Assembly: GCA_013203785.1 (NCBI GenBank)
Contig: JABMPJ010000110.1
Span: forward strand, 3,344 to 67,343
Length of the DNA: 64,000 nt
From: Lentisphaerota bacterium
Lineage (GTDB): Bacteria > Verrucomicrobiota > Kiritimatiellia > UBA8416 > JABMPJ01
Direction of reading: 5' to 3'
Positions 9,305 through 18,771 of this stretch are shown here, in pieces. A program made the translations under genes and the position numbers. Within the stretch, counting starts at the first letter, position 1; each line of letters opens with the position of its first letter. The notes under the pieces are model-generated. The model did not search any database and was not told the DNA's origin. It saw nothing but the letters and a program-made list of their open reading frames with translations.

Positions 9305-10366
9305 ATGAATAAGACAGCCTTAAGCTTTTTTAAAGCCCTGATGGCCACCCCCACCCCCACCGGATGGGAGCATCGTGGCCAGAATGTCGTCGCCGACTAC
9401 ATGAAGACCTATGCTGACACTGTCGAGACGGATGTGCAGGGATGCGTGCATGGCGTCTTGAACCCCACGGCCAACGTGCGCGTCATGCTGGCCGGACACT
9501 GCGATGAAATTGGCCTGATGGTCCAATATATCAGTGACAAAGGACTTCTCACGATGACAGCCCTCGGCGGCGTCAATGTTCCCCTGTTGCAGGCCGAACG
9601 CATCATCATTCACACCGCGAAGGGGCCCATCCCCGGCGTTGTGGGCGTAAAGCCGATCCATTTAATGGATGCCAAGGAGCGTGAGACCGCCGTGACCAAG
9701 ATCTACGAACTGTGGGTCGATATCGGTGCCAAAACTCGCAAGGATGCTGAGAAGGTGGTCGCTCTGGGCGATGTCGCCACCATTGATGCAGGCTGGACCG
9801 ATCTGCGCAACGGGTTGGTGGCCTGCCGTGGTTTTGACAATCGCGTCGGTGCTTTCATCATCACGGATGTGTTGCGCCGTCTGAAGGGCAAGACCCTCAA
9901 GGTGGCCGTCCATGCCGTCAGCACGGTACAGGAAGAGGTCGGTCTGCGCGGTGCGCACACCGCCGCCTTCGCCGTGGATCCCCATATCGGTATCGCCGTC
10001 GATGTCGGTTTTGCAACGGATTACCCCGGCATGAACGAGAAAATTGTCGGCACCGCCAACCTGGGTGATGGTCCTATCCTGCACATGGGCCCCACCTATA
10101 GTCACAAACTGCTTTCGATCATTCAGAAGACGGCGACCAAGGCGAAGATCAAGACGCAGATTCAGCCTGAAGGCCGTGGCACAGGCACCGACGCCTACGC
10201 TATGCAGATGACCCGTGGTGGCGTGGCCGCCGGACTCATTAGCGTCCCCAGTCGCTATATGCACAGCCCGGTCGAGACCATCTCGATCAGTGATGCAGAT
10301 GCCTGTTCGCAGCTCATTGCGGAAACGATCATCGGCCTCACCGGTCGTGAGGTGTTTACGCGCTAG
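9305..10366 (+). CDS. M42 family aminopeptidase (TET/FrvX-like)
   Basis: GHCDE, FDNR, QEEVG, DVG and RYMHS metal-binding motifs. Confidence 0.93.
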   Translation: MNKTALSFFKALMATPTPTGWEHRGQNVVADYMKTYADTVETDVQGCVHGVLNPTANVRVMLAGHCDEIGLMVQYISDKGLLTMTALGGVNVPLLQAERIIIHTAKGPIPGVVGVKPIHLMDAKERETAVTKIYELWVDIGAKTRKDAEKVVALGDVATIDAGWTDLRNGLVACRGFDNRVGAFIITDVLRRLKGKTLKVAVHAVSTVQEEVGLRGAHTAAFAVDPHIGIAVDVGFATDYPGMNEKIVGTANLGDGPILHMGPTYSHKLLSIIQKTATKAKIKTQIQPEGRGTGTDAYAMQMTRGGVAAGLISVPSRYMHSPVETISISDADACSQLIAETIIGLTGREVFTR

Positions 10367-10410
10367 CTAGAACCGGTCCGATAAAGGGCATCAAGGAGGT
10401 TGGGACAAAT

Positions 10411-10445
10411 AACCTTGAACCTTGAACCCAGAACCTAGAACCTCA
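10411..10445 (+). repeat. Five tandem heptamers (AACCTTG family)
   Basis: AACCTTG AACCTTG AACCCAG AACCTAG AACCTCA ending 5 nt before the addB ATG; a partial complement TCAAGGAGGTT lies at 10391-10401. Confidence 0.85.
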
Positions 10446-10450
10446 CGTGC

Positions 10451-13243
10451 ATGCCAGTGTCGTGTCATTTTCTGGGATGGGATCGTCCGCTTACGGAGGG
10501 GGTGCGCGACTTTCTAATTCCGGTACTGCCGACGGGACCGGTCGACTTGGAGCGCGACCTCGTGGTGGTGCCCACGCGCCAGGCCGGGCGCCGTCTGACC
10601 GATGCGCTCGCGCTACGCTGCGGCCAAGCCGGAACCGCTCTCCTGTCGTGCCGTGTCGTTACGCCATCGGTCCTCCTCGGAGCGGCAGATAGCCCACGGA
10701 CGGTCGCTCGCCCGCTGGATGTGCAGAGCTGCTGGATCGACGTGCTGAGTGCGATCAACATCACAACTCTCAGCGGTCTCTTTCCCTCCCCTCCCGCCCA
10801 GGTGGATGCCGAATGGGCTCTGCGCTTCGCCGGTACCATTGAGGATCTGCGACGTGCCCTTCTGGATGGGGGACTCACCATCAGTCGACTCGTCGCCACC
10901 CGTCCCGATGATCTGGCTGAACTCGATCGCTGGCGGGATCTGGCCCTGCTCGAGGACGACTACTTGGCCCGCCTGAGCGCCATGGGCCTTGAGGACCCGG
11001 TCCTGCAGCAGCTCGCCGCCGCTGAGCATCCCCAGATCGATGCTATCGTGCAACGCATCATCGTGGCAGGTGTCCCCGATCCGACAGAGCCATCCATTCG
11101 CGTCCTCAGCGCCCTCGCCGAAAGGCTGGACCTACAGATTCTGATCGCCGCTCCCGAGAGCCACGCCGACGCATTTGATTCATGGGGACGCCCCCGCCGT
11201 GAGATATGGAACCAGCATTCGATCGCCTTTGCGAACCCCGATCAGCAGATCCTGCTGGCCGCCACACCGGCTGACCAGGCAGAGAGGGCGATCGAGCTAC
11301 TCCAGCGTGCCGCCACGGCAGGGAACCAGCCGGCCGCCATCGGCACACCCGATCACGATCTTATTCCGCATATCCAGTCTGCACTCCTCCGCCACGGCGG
11401 TGCCGGGTTTGACCCCTCTGACAAACCCCTGCGCGACCACCCCCTCTTCCACCTGACTGAGGCCTTCGTCAACCTGGCCTCCGACCGGAGCTACGCCGCC
11501 CTCGCCCAGCTTCTTCGTCAGCCCGAGCTACTGAGGTGGATCGAGCATGGTCAGCGCGGTCGTTCCGCCGCCCTTTTGCGCGCACTGGATGACCTCCAAA
11601 ATGAACACATCCCATGGGACCTGAGCGCAGTGCGCCACTGGCTCAGCGGAACCGCAGCCGACGCCCCCCTCTCTCAGACCGTCAACGGGATTGCCGCACA
11701 CCTGCCCGCTCACGGCGCGCCTCTCTCCGCGGCCTTGCGCACCTTTATGCAAGCCGTCCTCGAGCACCGTGCCGTTACGGCCGGATGCGCCGAGGATGAT
11801 GAATTTGAGCGCGCCGCGCGCGGCATCGATAACGTCCTGCACGAGCTGGCCGCAGTGGAGTCACGCACCCCCCTCCCCCTCCGCAACGCCGCGCTGCTTC
11901 TGATGCGCCGCTTGGGCGAGCTGAGCTATAACCGTGAGCGCGATCCGGCTGCTATCGATCTCGACGGTTGGCTTGAGCTACCCTGGAATCCGGCCCCCAC
12001 GCTGATCGTGACTGGCTTCAACGAGGGTATCGTGCCCGCCGCCCCTACCGATAGCGCCTTCCTGACCGATTCATTGAGAACGCTTCTAGGAATGCGCAAT
12101 GACGCCGACACACTCGCGTGCGATACGTTTCTGCTCCAGACCTTGATCGAAGCACGCCGATCCCACGGGACACTCACTCTGATCGTTGGCAAAGTCACCG
12201 ACAGCGGCGATCCGCTACGGCCCTCGCGACTGCTGTTGCGCTGTCCGGATGACGTCCTGCCCGAGCGGGCCGCGATGCTCTTTGCCGACGTGTCAGTGCC
12301 GCGCAGCCGACCGGCACCCACGGTCGCCTTTACGCTCAATCCAGCCCCGCCGGAGGATCTGCCGGCCGACCAACATATCCCCACGGCCCTGTCCGTCACG
12401 GCGTTCAGGGATTATCTGGCCTGTCCTTTCCGCTTCTATCTCCGCCGCATTTTGCGCATGGAACCGCAGGATGACCGCAAGCGTGCCCCCGATGCGCTCG
12501 ACTTCGGCATCATGGTCCACGAGGCCTTGCAACGCATGGGAGAGAACGAGGAGCTGCGCACCTGCAGCGATGCCCGCCTGCTGACCAGCTTTCTGACCGA
12601 ACAGGTCGAGCGCTACGTCACGCGACAGTTCGGTGCCGCCCCCGCCCTACCCATCCGCATGGCCATGCACGCCGCCCAACAGCGACTCGAAGCCGCTGCC
12701 CACGTGCAGGCCACGCTCGCAGCCGACGGATGGGAGATCATCGCCGCCGAGACCGCATTCAGCCGGGAACTGGGAGGACTGACGCTGAAGGGCAAAATCG
12801 ACCGCATTGACCGCCACCGCGACAGCGGCGCCCTGCGCCTGATCGACTACAAGAGTAAGGACACCTCCGAATGGCCTGCGGCCACCCACCTCGGCACACA
12901 GCGCGAAGATACGCCCGAGTTCGCACAGGTTATGGTCGATGGCAAACCGAAACGCTGGATCGATCTACAGCTTCCCCTCTACGCCATCTTCGGTGTCGAG
13001 GCCAGCGAGACCCCGCCGGAGCCAGCCTATTTCAATCTCCCGCGCGCCATCTCCGAAACCGCCCTACTGCCGTGGCCAACCTTTGATGCTGACCTGGCCT
13101 CCTCCGCCCTCGACTGCGCCGAAGCCGTCACCGCCCTGATCCGGGCGGGCACCTTCTGGCCCCCCGCCGAGCGCGTCGACTATGACGACTTTGAATCCCT
13201 CTTCCACGACGGTCTCCACGGATGGAAGGAGCTGGTCTCATGA
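10451..13243 (+). CDS. addB: AddB/RexB-like subunit: inactive helicase-like region plus PD-(D/E)XK nuclease
   Basis: VVVPTRQAGRRL; C-terminal SVTAFRDYLACPFRFY, GKIDRID, IDYKS and QLPLY; lies directly upstream of addA. Confidence 0.85.
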   Translation: MPVSCHFLGWDRPLTEGVRDFLIPVLPTGPVDLERDLVVVPTRQAGRRLTDALALRCGQAGTALLSCRVVTPSVLLGAADSPRTVARPLDVQSCWIDVLSAINITTLSGLFPSPPAQVDAEWALRFAGTIEDLRRALLDGGLTISRLVATRPDDLAELDRWRDLALLEDDYLARLSAMGLEDPVLQQLAAAEHPQIDAIVQRIIVAGVPDPTEPSIRVLSALAERLDLQILIAAPESHADAFDSWGRPRREIWNQHSIAFANPDQQILLAATPADQAERAIELLQRAATAGNQPAAIGTPDHDLIPHIQSALLRHGGAGFDPSDKPLRDHPLFHLTEAFVNLASDRSYAALAQLLRQPELLRWIEHGQRGRSAALLRALDDLQNEHIPWDLSAVRHWLSGTAADAPLSQTVNGIAAHLPAHGAPLSAALRTFMQAVLEHRAVTAGCAEDDEFERAARGIDNVLHELAAVESRTPLPLRNAALLLMRRLGELSYNRERDPAAIDLDGWLELPWNPAPTLIVTGFNEGIVPAAPTDSAFLTDSLRTLLGMRNDADTLACDTFLLQTLIEARRSHGTLTLIVGKVTDSGDPLRPSRLLLRCPDDVLPERAAMLFADVSVPRSRPAPTVAFTLNPAPPEDLPADQHIPTALSVTAFRDYLACPFRFYLRRILRMEPQDDRKRAPDALDFGIMVHEALQRMGENEELRTCSDARLLTSFLTEQVERYVTRQFGAAPALPIRMAMHAAQQRLEAAAHVQATLAADGWEIIAAETAFSRELGGLTLKGKIDRIDRHRDSGALRLIDYKSKDTSEWPAATHLGTQREDTPEFAQVMVDGKPKRWIDLQLPLYAIFGVEASETPPEPAYFNLPRAISETALLPWPTFDADLASSALDCAEAVTALIRAGTFWPPAERVDYDDFESLFHDGLHGWKELVS

Positions 13244-13275
13244 GTAGCGCCTGCCGAGCTCCGTTGATCCAATCT

Positions 13276-13345
13276 GAACATCGAACATCGAGCGAAGAGG
13301 TCCCCGTTTCGATGTTGGACGTTGGATGTTCGATGTTCGATGTTC
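13276..13345. repeat. Heptamer (GATGTTC family) inverted-repeat hairpin in the addB-addA spacer
   Basis: GAACATC GAACATC GA (13276-13291) faces GATGTTG GACGTTG GATGTTC GATGTTC GATGTTC (13311-13345). Confidence 0.85.
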
Positions 13346-13360
13346 GTTTCATTTCTCCTG

Positions 13361-13388
13361 CTGTGTTCATCTGTGTTCATCCGTGGTT
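13361..13388 (+). repeat. Decamer tandem repeat
   Basis: CTGTGTTCAT CTGTGTTCAT CCGTGGTT. Confidence 0.75.
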
Positions 13389-13408
13389 CCATCCCAAAGA
13401 ATCTCCCC

Positions 13409-16400
13409 ATGTCTGATTTCCAACACAAAGCTATCTCCGCCTCAGCCGGGTCAGGCAAGACCTTCCAGCTGGCCGACCGCTTTGTGCGCCTCCTCGCTGC
13501 GGGGGTGCCGCCGGATCGCATTGCGGCCCTGACCTTTTCGCGCAAGGCCGCAGGTGAGATCTTTGACCGTATCGTGGCCCATCTCTGCGCGGCCTGCACC
13601 TCTCCCGCCGAAGCCGCCGCCGTCGCCACGAGGATTGGTCTACCCGCCACCTCCGTCGCGGCCTTCACGGCCGCCCTGCGCGCGATGATGGATCATTTGC
13701 CGCGCCTCCATATCGGCACGCTCGACAGCTTTATTGTTGGCGTGCTGCGCGCTTTCCCGACCGAGCTGGGGGTCCCGACCGATTTCCAGATGCTCGATGA
13801 GAACAGCACAGATGCGGCTCGTATGCGCGAGCGAGTGCTCGACCGCATCTTCAACCCCCTCACGGTTGACCAGGAGATCCAGGCCCGCTTTTTCGAAGCC
13901 TTCAAACAGGCCACCTTCGGTAAGGAGGAGAAGGACATGGAGCGCTACCTGCACCAGTTCGTGCAGACCTACCGTGCCTTCTACCAAGTCCTGCCCCTCA
14001 GCGACGCCTGGGGCGATGAGTCCGTGATATGGCCTGCCGGATCGCGCTGGCTGGTACCCACCGAGAATGTCACCGCCACGGCCAACCGTCTCATTGAACA
14101 GATCGAGGCCAAGGAGTGGCCCACCAAGTTCTCCGAGAGCCTGCAGGAACTCGTCATGGCTGCCGCCCACCACACGCCCGCCTCGCACTGGAACGGGACG
14201 CTATGGCGCAAGACCATTTCCGTTCAAATCATGGAGCAGCTGCCCGAACTGGAGCACGGTCAGCTCTCGATCTCGTACAACCGCAAGGTCTACGAGCTTG
14301 ACGCCGGTATGTGCGCCGGGCTTCTGACCGTCTTGACCCACATGCTCGGTATCGAACTGCGCAACGCCCTGCGGCGCACGGCCGGCATCCACCAGCTTCT
14401 CGACCAGTTTGAGGTTCACTATGATGCTCTGATGCGCCGCTCCGGCAGTATGACATTTGCCGATGCGCAGTACCTGCTCACCGAAGCCAATCGCTATAGC
14501 GATGGTGCCTGCCTCAGCCGGTTGGCGGGCGTTGAGGGACGGCTCTATATTGACTACCGCCTCGACTGCAAGCTCGACCACTGGCTGCTAGACGAGTTTC
14601 AGGATACCAGCGATCTGCAGTGGGCCGTCCTGCGCAATCTGGTGGACGAAATCCTGCAGGACAGCAGTGCCACGCGCAGCTTCTTCTATGTGGGTGACGT
14701 CAAGCAGGCCATTTATGGCTGGCGCGGCGGCAACCCCCATCTCTTTGGCGAAATCCTCTCCGATTATGGCAGCCGGATCACCGAAATGCCCCTGGCGACC
14801 TCCTACCGCTCCGTGCCCGCGATCATTGATACCGTCAACGCGGCCTTCGATGCCCTTCCCGAGGAACGTCTGGGCGCGGCCGTGATCGCACAGTGGAACC
14901 AAACATGGCACCACCATGACTGCGCGCCGCACCTGCACGGGCGCAGCGGATACGCCACCATCGTTGAGCCCCAGCCCCCGCTGGGCCAGACCAAGCCCAG
15001 CGCCGACGACCGCTACCACACCGTAGCCGCGCTCCTGCGGGAGATCGATCCCATACGACGTGGCCTCGAAACCGCCATCCTTGTGCGCCGCAACGAGACG
15101 GGCCGTCTTCTGGTGGATCTCCTACGCCAACGCTGCCCCGACATCCCGGTCACACACGAAGGCAAGGCGACACTGCGCGGGAACGGCGTGGTTGAATTGA
15201 TGCTTTCTCTGCTCGCCTTCGCCGCGCATCCAGGCGATCGCTTTGCCTGGCGCCACATCCAGATGAGTCCGTTAAACGCCCACCTCCAGGCGGAAGGACT
15301 GACGCGCCACTCCCTACCTCTCGTGCTGCTCAGCGATATCCATGCGATCGGTTTCGGTGGGTTCGTACGCACATGGGGCGCGCACCTCACGGCGCAGCAT
15401 CCGCTTGACGCCTACGCGCAACACGGCCTCAACGATCTGGCCGAAGCTGCGGTCCTGTTTGATCGCAGTGGCGACTGCGATCCGGACGCCTTCCGCCAAT
15501 TCATAGATAGCTACGCCCTGCCGGCCACGCCGACGCCACACGTCGTACGGGTCATGACGATTCACCAATCCAAGGGCCTCGGCTTTGACATCGTCATCCT
15601 GCCCGAACTCGACGGTTCCGACATCACGAAAGATCAGCGGCGCTCCATGCTGCTAAGCCGCGATGAAGAGACGCGACGCCCTCAATGGATTCTGAGCCTA
15701 CCCAACACCACCGTCACTGCGGCGGACAGCACGCTCGCTCGTCGACTCGACGCCGCCGACGTTGAGAGCTGCTTTGAGAATCTTTGCGTGCTCTATGTCG
15801 CCATGACACGCGCTAAACGCGGTCTCTACGCCGTCACCAGCTTTGCCGGGCCCACCGCCAAGAGCTTCACCGGCAGCGAATTCATCAAGCAGCAACTGCG
15901 CGATCGTGAGGAGCCCATCACAATTGATGGGTGTCCGGCCACGCTACTCTACGAGTCGGGGGAACGAGACTGGTATCGTGAAAGCCCCATCGCGGCACGC
16001 GATCCTGCGCCAGCTGTTGCGTCCGCACCCAACGCGATTGCCGCCACAGGGTTGCAGCCACTGCAGCGCCTCGAGCCGTCATCGGGCGATCGCACGGCCC
16101 GTGGGGCCGCGTGGCTGTTCAATGAAGCTGCACGCGACGTGCTGGATTTCGGCAGCGCCATTCACGAGCTCTTTGAACAGATCGAATGGATCGAGGAGGC
16201 GGATGTCGAGGCCATCGTCGCCCAATGGCAGACGACCACGCGGGTTTCCGCCGCAGTGGCCCGCGACGCCTTGGCACAATTTCGCGAGGCGCTCATCAGC
16301 CCTGAGGCGATCCAAGCCTTGAGCCGTCCCGCATCACCCACCCGTCTCTGGCGCGAAAAGCGTTTTCATTTTACGAAAGAGGATCGCCTCGTGAGCGGCG

Positions 16401-16636
16401 TCTTCGACCGCGTTGCCATCTCGCTGGACGAGAAGGAGCAGCCGACAGCCGCGATGATCCTCGATTTTAAGAGCGATCAAGTCAGCAGCGACAGCGAACT
16501 CAGCAAGGCGACCGAGCGTCACCGTGAGCAGCTCGCCCTCTACAGCGAGGCGCTCGCCCGCATTCTATCGATCGAGCCCAGCCAGATCACGGCGGGACTA
16601 CTCTTCACCCGCCTGGGCCGAGTCGTGACTTGTTAG
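13409..16636 (+). CDS. addA: AddA/RecB-like SF1A helicase-nuclease (start corrected to ATG 13409)
   Basis: ASAGSGKT, LTFSRKAAGE, GTLDSF, LDEFQDT, VGDVKQAIYGWRG, MTIHQSKGLGFD, LYVAMTRAK; nuclease SGVFDRV, LDFKSD, QLALY. Confidence 0.92.
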   Translation: MSDFQHKAISASAGSGKTFQLADRFVRLLAAGVPPDRIAALTFSRKAAGEIFDRIVAHLCAACTSPAEAAAVATRIGLPATSVAAFTAALRAMMDHLPRLHIGTLDSFIVGVLRAFPTELGVPTDFQMLDENSTDAARMRERVLDRIFNPLTVDQEIQARFFEAFKQATFGKEEKDMERYLHQFVQTYRAFYQVLPLSDAWGDESVIWPAGSRWLVPTENVTATANRLIEQIEAKEWPTKFSESLQELVMAAAHHTPASHWNGTLWRKTISVQIMEQLPELEHGQLSISYNRKVYELDAGMCAGLLTVLTHMLGIELRNALRRTAGIHQLLDQFEVHYDALMRRSGSMTFADAQYLLTEANRYSDGACLSRLAGVEGRLYIDYRLDCKLDHWLLDEFQDTSDLQWAVLRNLVDEILQDSSATRSFFYVGDVKQAIYGWRGGNPHLFGEILSDYGSRITEMPLATSYRSVPAIIDTVNAAFDALPEERLGAAVIAQWNQTWHHHDCAPHLHGRSGYATIVEPQPPLGQTKPSADDRYHTVAALLREIDPIRRGLETAILVRRNETGRLLVDLLRQRCPDIPVTHEGKATLRGNGVVELMLSLLAFAAHPGDRFAWRHIQMSPLNAHLQAEGLTRHSLPLVLLSDIHAIGFGGFVRTWGAHLTAQHPLDAYAQHGLNDLAEAAVLFDRSGDCDPDAFRQFIDSYALPATPTPHVVRVMTIHQSKGLGFDIVILPELDGSDITKDQRRSMLLSRDEETRRPQWILSLPNTTVTAADSTLARRLDAADVESCFENLCVLYVAMTRAKRGLYAVTSFAGPTAKSFTGSEFIKQQLRDREEPITIDGCPATLLYESGERDWYRESPIAARDPAPAVASAPNAIAATGLQPLQRLEPSSGDRTARGAAWLFNEAARDVLDFGSAIHELFEQIEWIEEADVEAIVAQWQTTTRVSAAVARDALAQFREALISPEAIQALSRPASPTRLWREKRFHFTKEDRLVSGVFDRVAISLDEKEQPTAAMILDFKSDQVSSDSELSKATERHREQLALYSEALARILSIEPSQITAGLLFTRLGRVVTC

Positions 16637-16726
16637 GGCGGCAGGGGGCCGACCATTTTAGGTGCGCACAAAAATCCAGCAACTGGGTTAATAGCAGAGA
16701 CGCATGCGGGGTCAAGCCCCTCTTTC

Positions 16727-16864
16727 AATGTCCAACAGCCCACAAGGAACTCCCAATATCCAAGGCGGCGAGAAGAGGGAATGGTGTGCCTAGGTGCTCT
16801 CCATTCGCATTACTCGCTCGCTTGCCTTGTTCGGTTGGATATTCCTTGTTGGCTATTGGACATT
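16727..16864. repeat. About 138-nt imperfect hairpin with heptamer-built arms (AATATCC/AACAAGG family)
   Basis: Left arm AATGTCC|AACAGCC|CACAAGG|AACTCCC|AATATCC|AA; reverse complement of right arm AATGTCC|AATAGCC|AACAAGG|AATATCC|AA; extra inner pairing CAAGGC/GCCTTG and GAATGG/CCATTC. Confidence 0.85.
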
Positions 16865-17033
16865 CAATCAGGAATGATGCAGATTTGGGCTTAAATCTGA
16901 ATTTGTGGGTTTTTCCAGGAGACCATCTTCGTGCTTGCCGCCAACAACAAAGCGTGGCTAACTTGGGGCACATAGTGAGCCTCCCATCATGGGCAGGCTG
17001 GTGAGCGGCTTGGGCTGCAGAAAGGACATCATC

Positions 17034-17447
17034 GTGAAGAAAAACATCGTACCGATCGTCTGTCTCCTATTGGCGACATATCTCGTGGGCGGGTGTGCAG
17101 GCAAGTATGCGGACGTCAAGAAGGCGAGCAGTAAGTTCACCAAGACGACCGAGGCCTATGTCGCCGAGCTCGACAAAGCGAGCGATGCCAAGAGTGTAGC
17201 CAAGGCCATTAACAGCTATGCCGATGCCATGGAGAAGATCATGCCCGATATGCAAAGACTCTCCGAGAAGTACCCGGAGATGAAGGGCAACGGGACACCC
17301 CCAAAGGGCTTGGAAGAGGTCAAAGCGGAAGCCGAAGCGGCTGGCAGAAAAATGGCAGGCAGCTTCATGAAGTTGATGCCTTACATGAACGACCCGGAGG
17401 TCCGCAAAGCCCAGGAACGTTTGGGTGCCGTCATGGCGCGGCCGTAA
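17034..17447 (+). CDS. Small helical lipoprotein of unknown function (start GTG 17034)
   Basis: AAAGGA RBS; MKKNIVPIVCLLLATYLVGG-C lipoprotein signal; helical Lys/Ala/Glu-rich body. Confidence 0.75.
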   Translation: MKKNIVPIVCLLLATYLVGGCAGKYADVKKASSKFTKTTEAYVAELDKASDAKSVAKAINSYADAMEKIMPDMQRLSEKYPEMKGNGTPPKGLEEVKAEAEAAGRKMAGSFMKLMPYMNDPEVRKAQERLGAVMARP

Positions 17448-17510
17448 AGACTCGTCCGCCCTTTCATATGGATGGCTGAGCACCGCATCTGGGGCAGGAG
17501 CGACCAGCCG

Positions 17511-18755
17511 CTATCCATGGGTCACAACATCCATTGCGATAGCGGCCCACTCGGTCAGGCGCTGCGGTTCATAGCGGACGGTGCTGATGTCCTTCAGGAT
17601 GAACTCGACAGCGCAACCATGTGCGCTGCACGCCTCCATCGTCTCGCACAGGTCTCTGCGAACGGCATCGTGATCGAAACGGCTCGTGGCCACCAGCGCC
17701 GGACTGGGCTTACGTGAGTAGACATAGTCCGTGCCAATTTCAGCCGCGCCGCGCGCCTGGTTGACCCAAGGACTCATCGATATCTTGCGCACGTTGGGGA
17801 TCTGGCGTACTTCATCCATCTTGGAGTCCAGCGGCTCACAGCAGCCATAGTATACGAGGCCAAACCGCTCGAAGATCCGCCTGACATAGTCGACCTCAAA
17901 TTCCTTGTACATAGCAGGCGACACGCTTCCCAGCATCTGCGCGAGGCCACATCCCCAGATATCCTGTGTGCGCGGTTCACCGGATTCATGGTCCGCGGAG
18001 GGCAACTCGTCGGTATAGGCACCTGTACAGTGAATCATCGTCTGCGGGCCAGAGAGCAATCCCTGCGCTTCGAGCTGGTCGAGCATGCTCAGGTAGCCAT
18101 CGGTCATGCGGGTCAGCATGCGATGCACAAAGTCCGGACGGTCCACGAGCGCATAGAGTGCATCCTCGACACTCATCCAGGTGGAGATGGGGTCCCACAG
18201 CGAGGCAAAGGGGAAGCATCCGTCAAGGCGGACCTCCAGGATGCCATCGAATAGCTCATGGGCAAGCGCGAGACGTTGCTCGGTCTTGGCCACATCGTGG
18301 CTGATCTGCGGTGCGAGGATCTTCTCAAGGTCCGCATCGGTCTCAAACTGGTTCTCGTAGAGGTGTCCCACCACAGAATTGGTAGGATCGGTGACGGCGA
18401 CGGTATCCTTGCTGCCGATTCCGAAGCCCATACCGACGACCGCCTTGGGGACAACCATAAAGGGCTCCACAACCCTATCGACGGGAAAGTGGTGCCAGTG
18501 GTACAGGATCTGGCGCAATTGGCTCTCGTACTGGCGACACGCCTCCTCCTCGCACCGCAGGGTCAGCTCATCGTCGAGGTTCATCTCGTTCCAGCAGACC
18601 TGATCAATCATGACCATCGGCCGCTCCATGGCCAAGCCATTGAGCTTCCGCCACAGTCGACGCTTCTCCTCTTGAACGGGTAACGCAGCGAGCTCGGCAA
18701 CCTGAGACGCCAGCGCCTGAATGATATCGCGATCTTCTCGCTTCACTGTGGTCAT
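17511..18755 (-). CDS. Uroporphyrinogen decarboxylase / MtaA-methyltransferase-like TIM-barrel protein of unknown substrate
   Basis: Start ATG 18755 follows GGAGG; motifs HCTGAYTDEL, AQMLGSVSPAMYKEF, YYGCCEPLD, KISMSPW, SRKPSP and EFILKDIST. Confidence 0.65.
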   Translation of the reverse strand: MTTVKREDRDIIQALASQVAELAALPVQEEKRRLWRKLNGLAMERPMVMIDQVCWNEMNLDDELTLRCEEEACRQYESQLRQILYHWHHFPVDRVVEPFMVVPKAVVGMGFGIGSKDTVAVTDPTNSVVGHLYENQFETDADLEKILAPQISHDVAKTEQRLALAHELFDGILEVRLDGCFPFASLWDPISTWMSVEDALYALVDRPDFVHRMLTRMTDGYLSMLDQLEAQGLLSGPQTMIHCTGAYTDELPSADHESGEPRTQDIWGCGLAQMLGSVSPAMYKEFEVDYVRRIFERFGLVYYGCCEPLDSKMDEVRQIPNVRKISMSPWVNQARGAAEIGTDYVYSRKPSPALVATSRFDHDAVRRDLCETMEACSAHGCAVEFILKDISTVRYEPQRLTEWAAIAMDVVTHG

Positions 18756-18771
18756 GTCTTGGCCTCCGCTG

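Noticed and set aside
13244-13263. GTAGCGCC... as a second REP copy
   Set aside because: No clean internal palindrome and no inverted partner
13128-13408. ORF 13128..13370 (-) and the 29-aa N-terminal extension of addA from 13322
   Set aside because: Both are translations of the heptamer and decamer repeats; the helicase begins at MSDFQHKAISASAGSGKT
10411-16864. CRISPR array interpretation of the short repeats
   Set aside because: Units are 7-10 nt and tandem with no unique spacers; no cas genes are present
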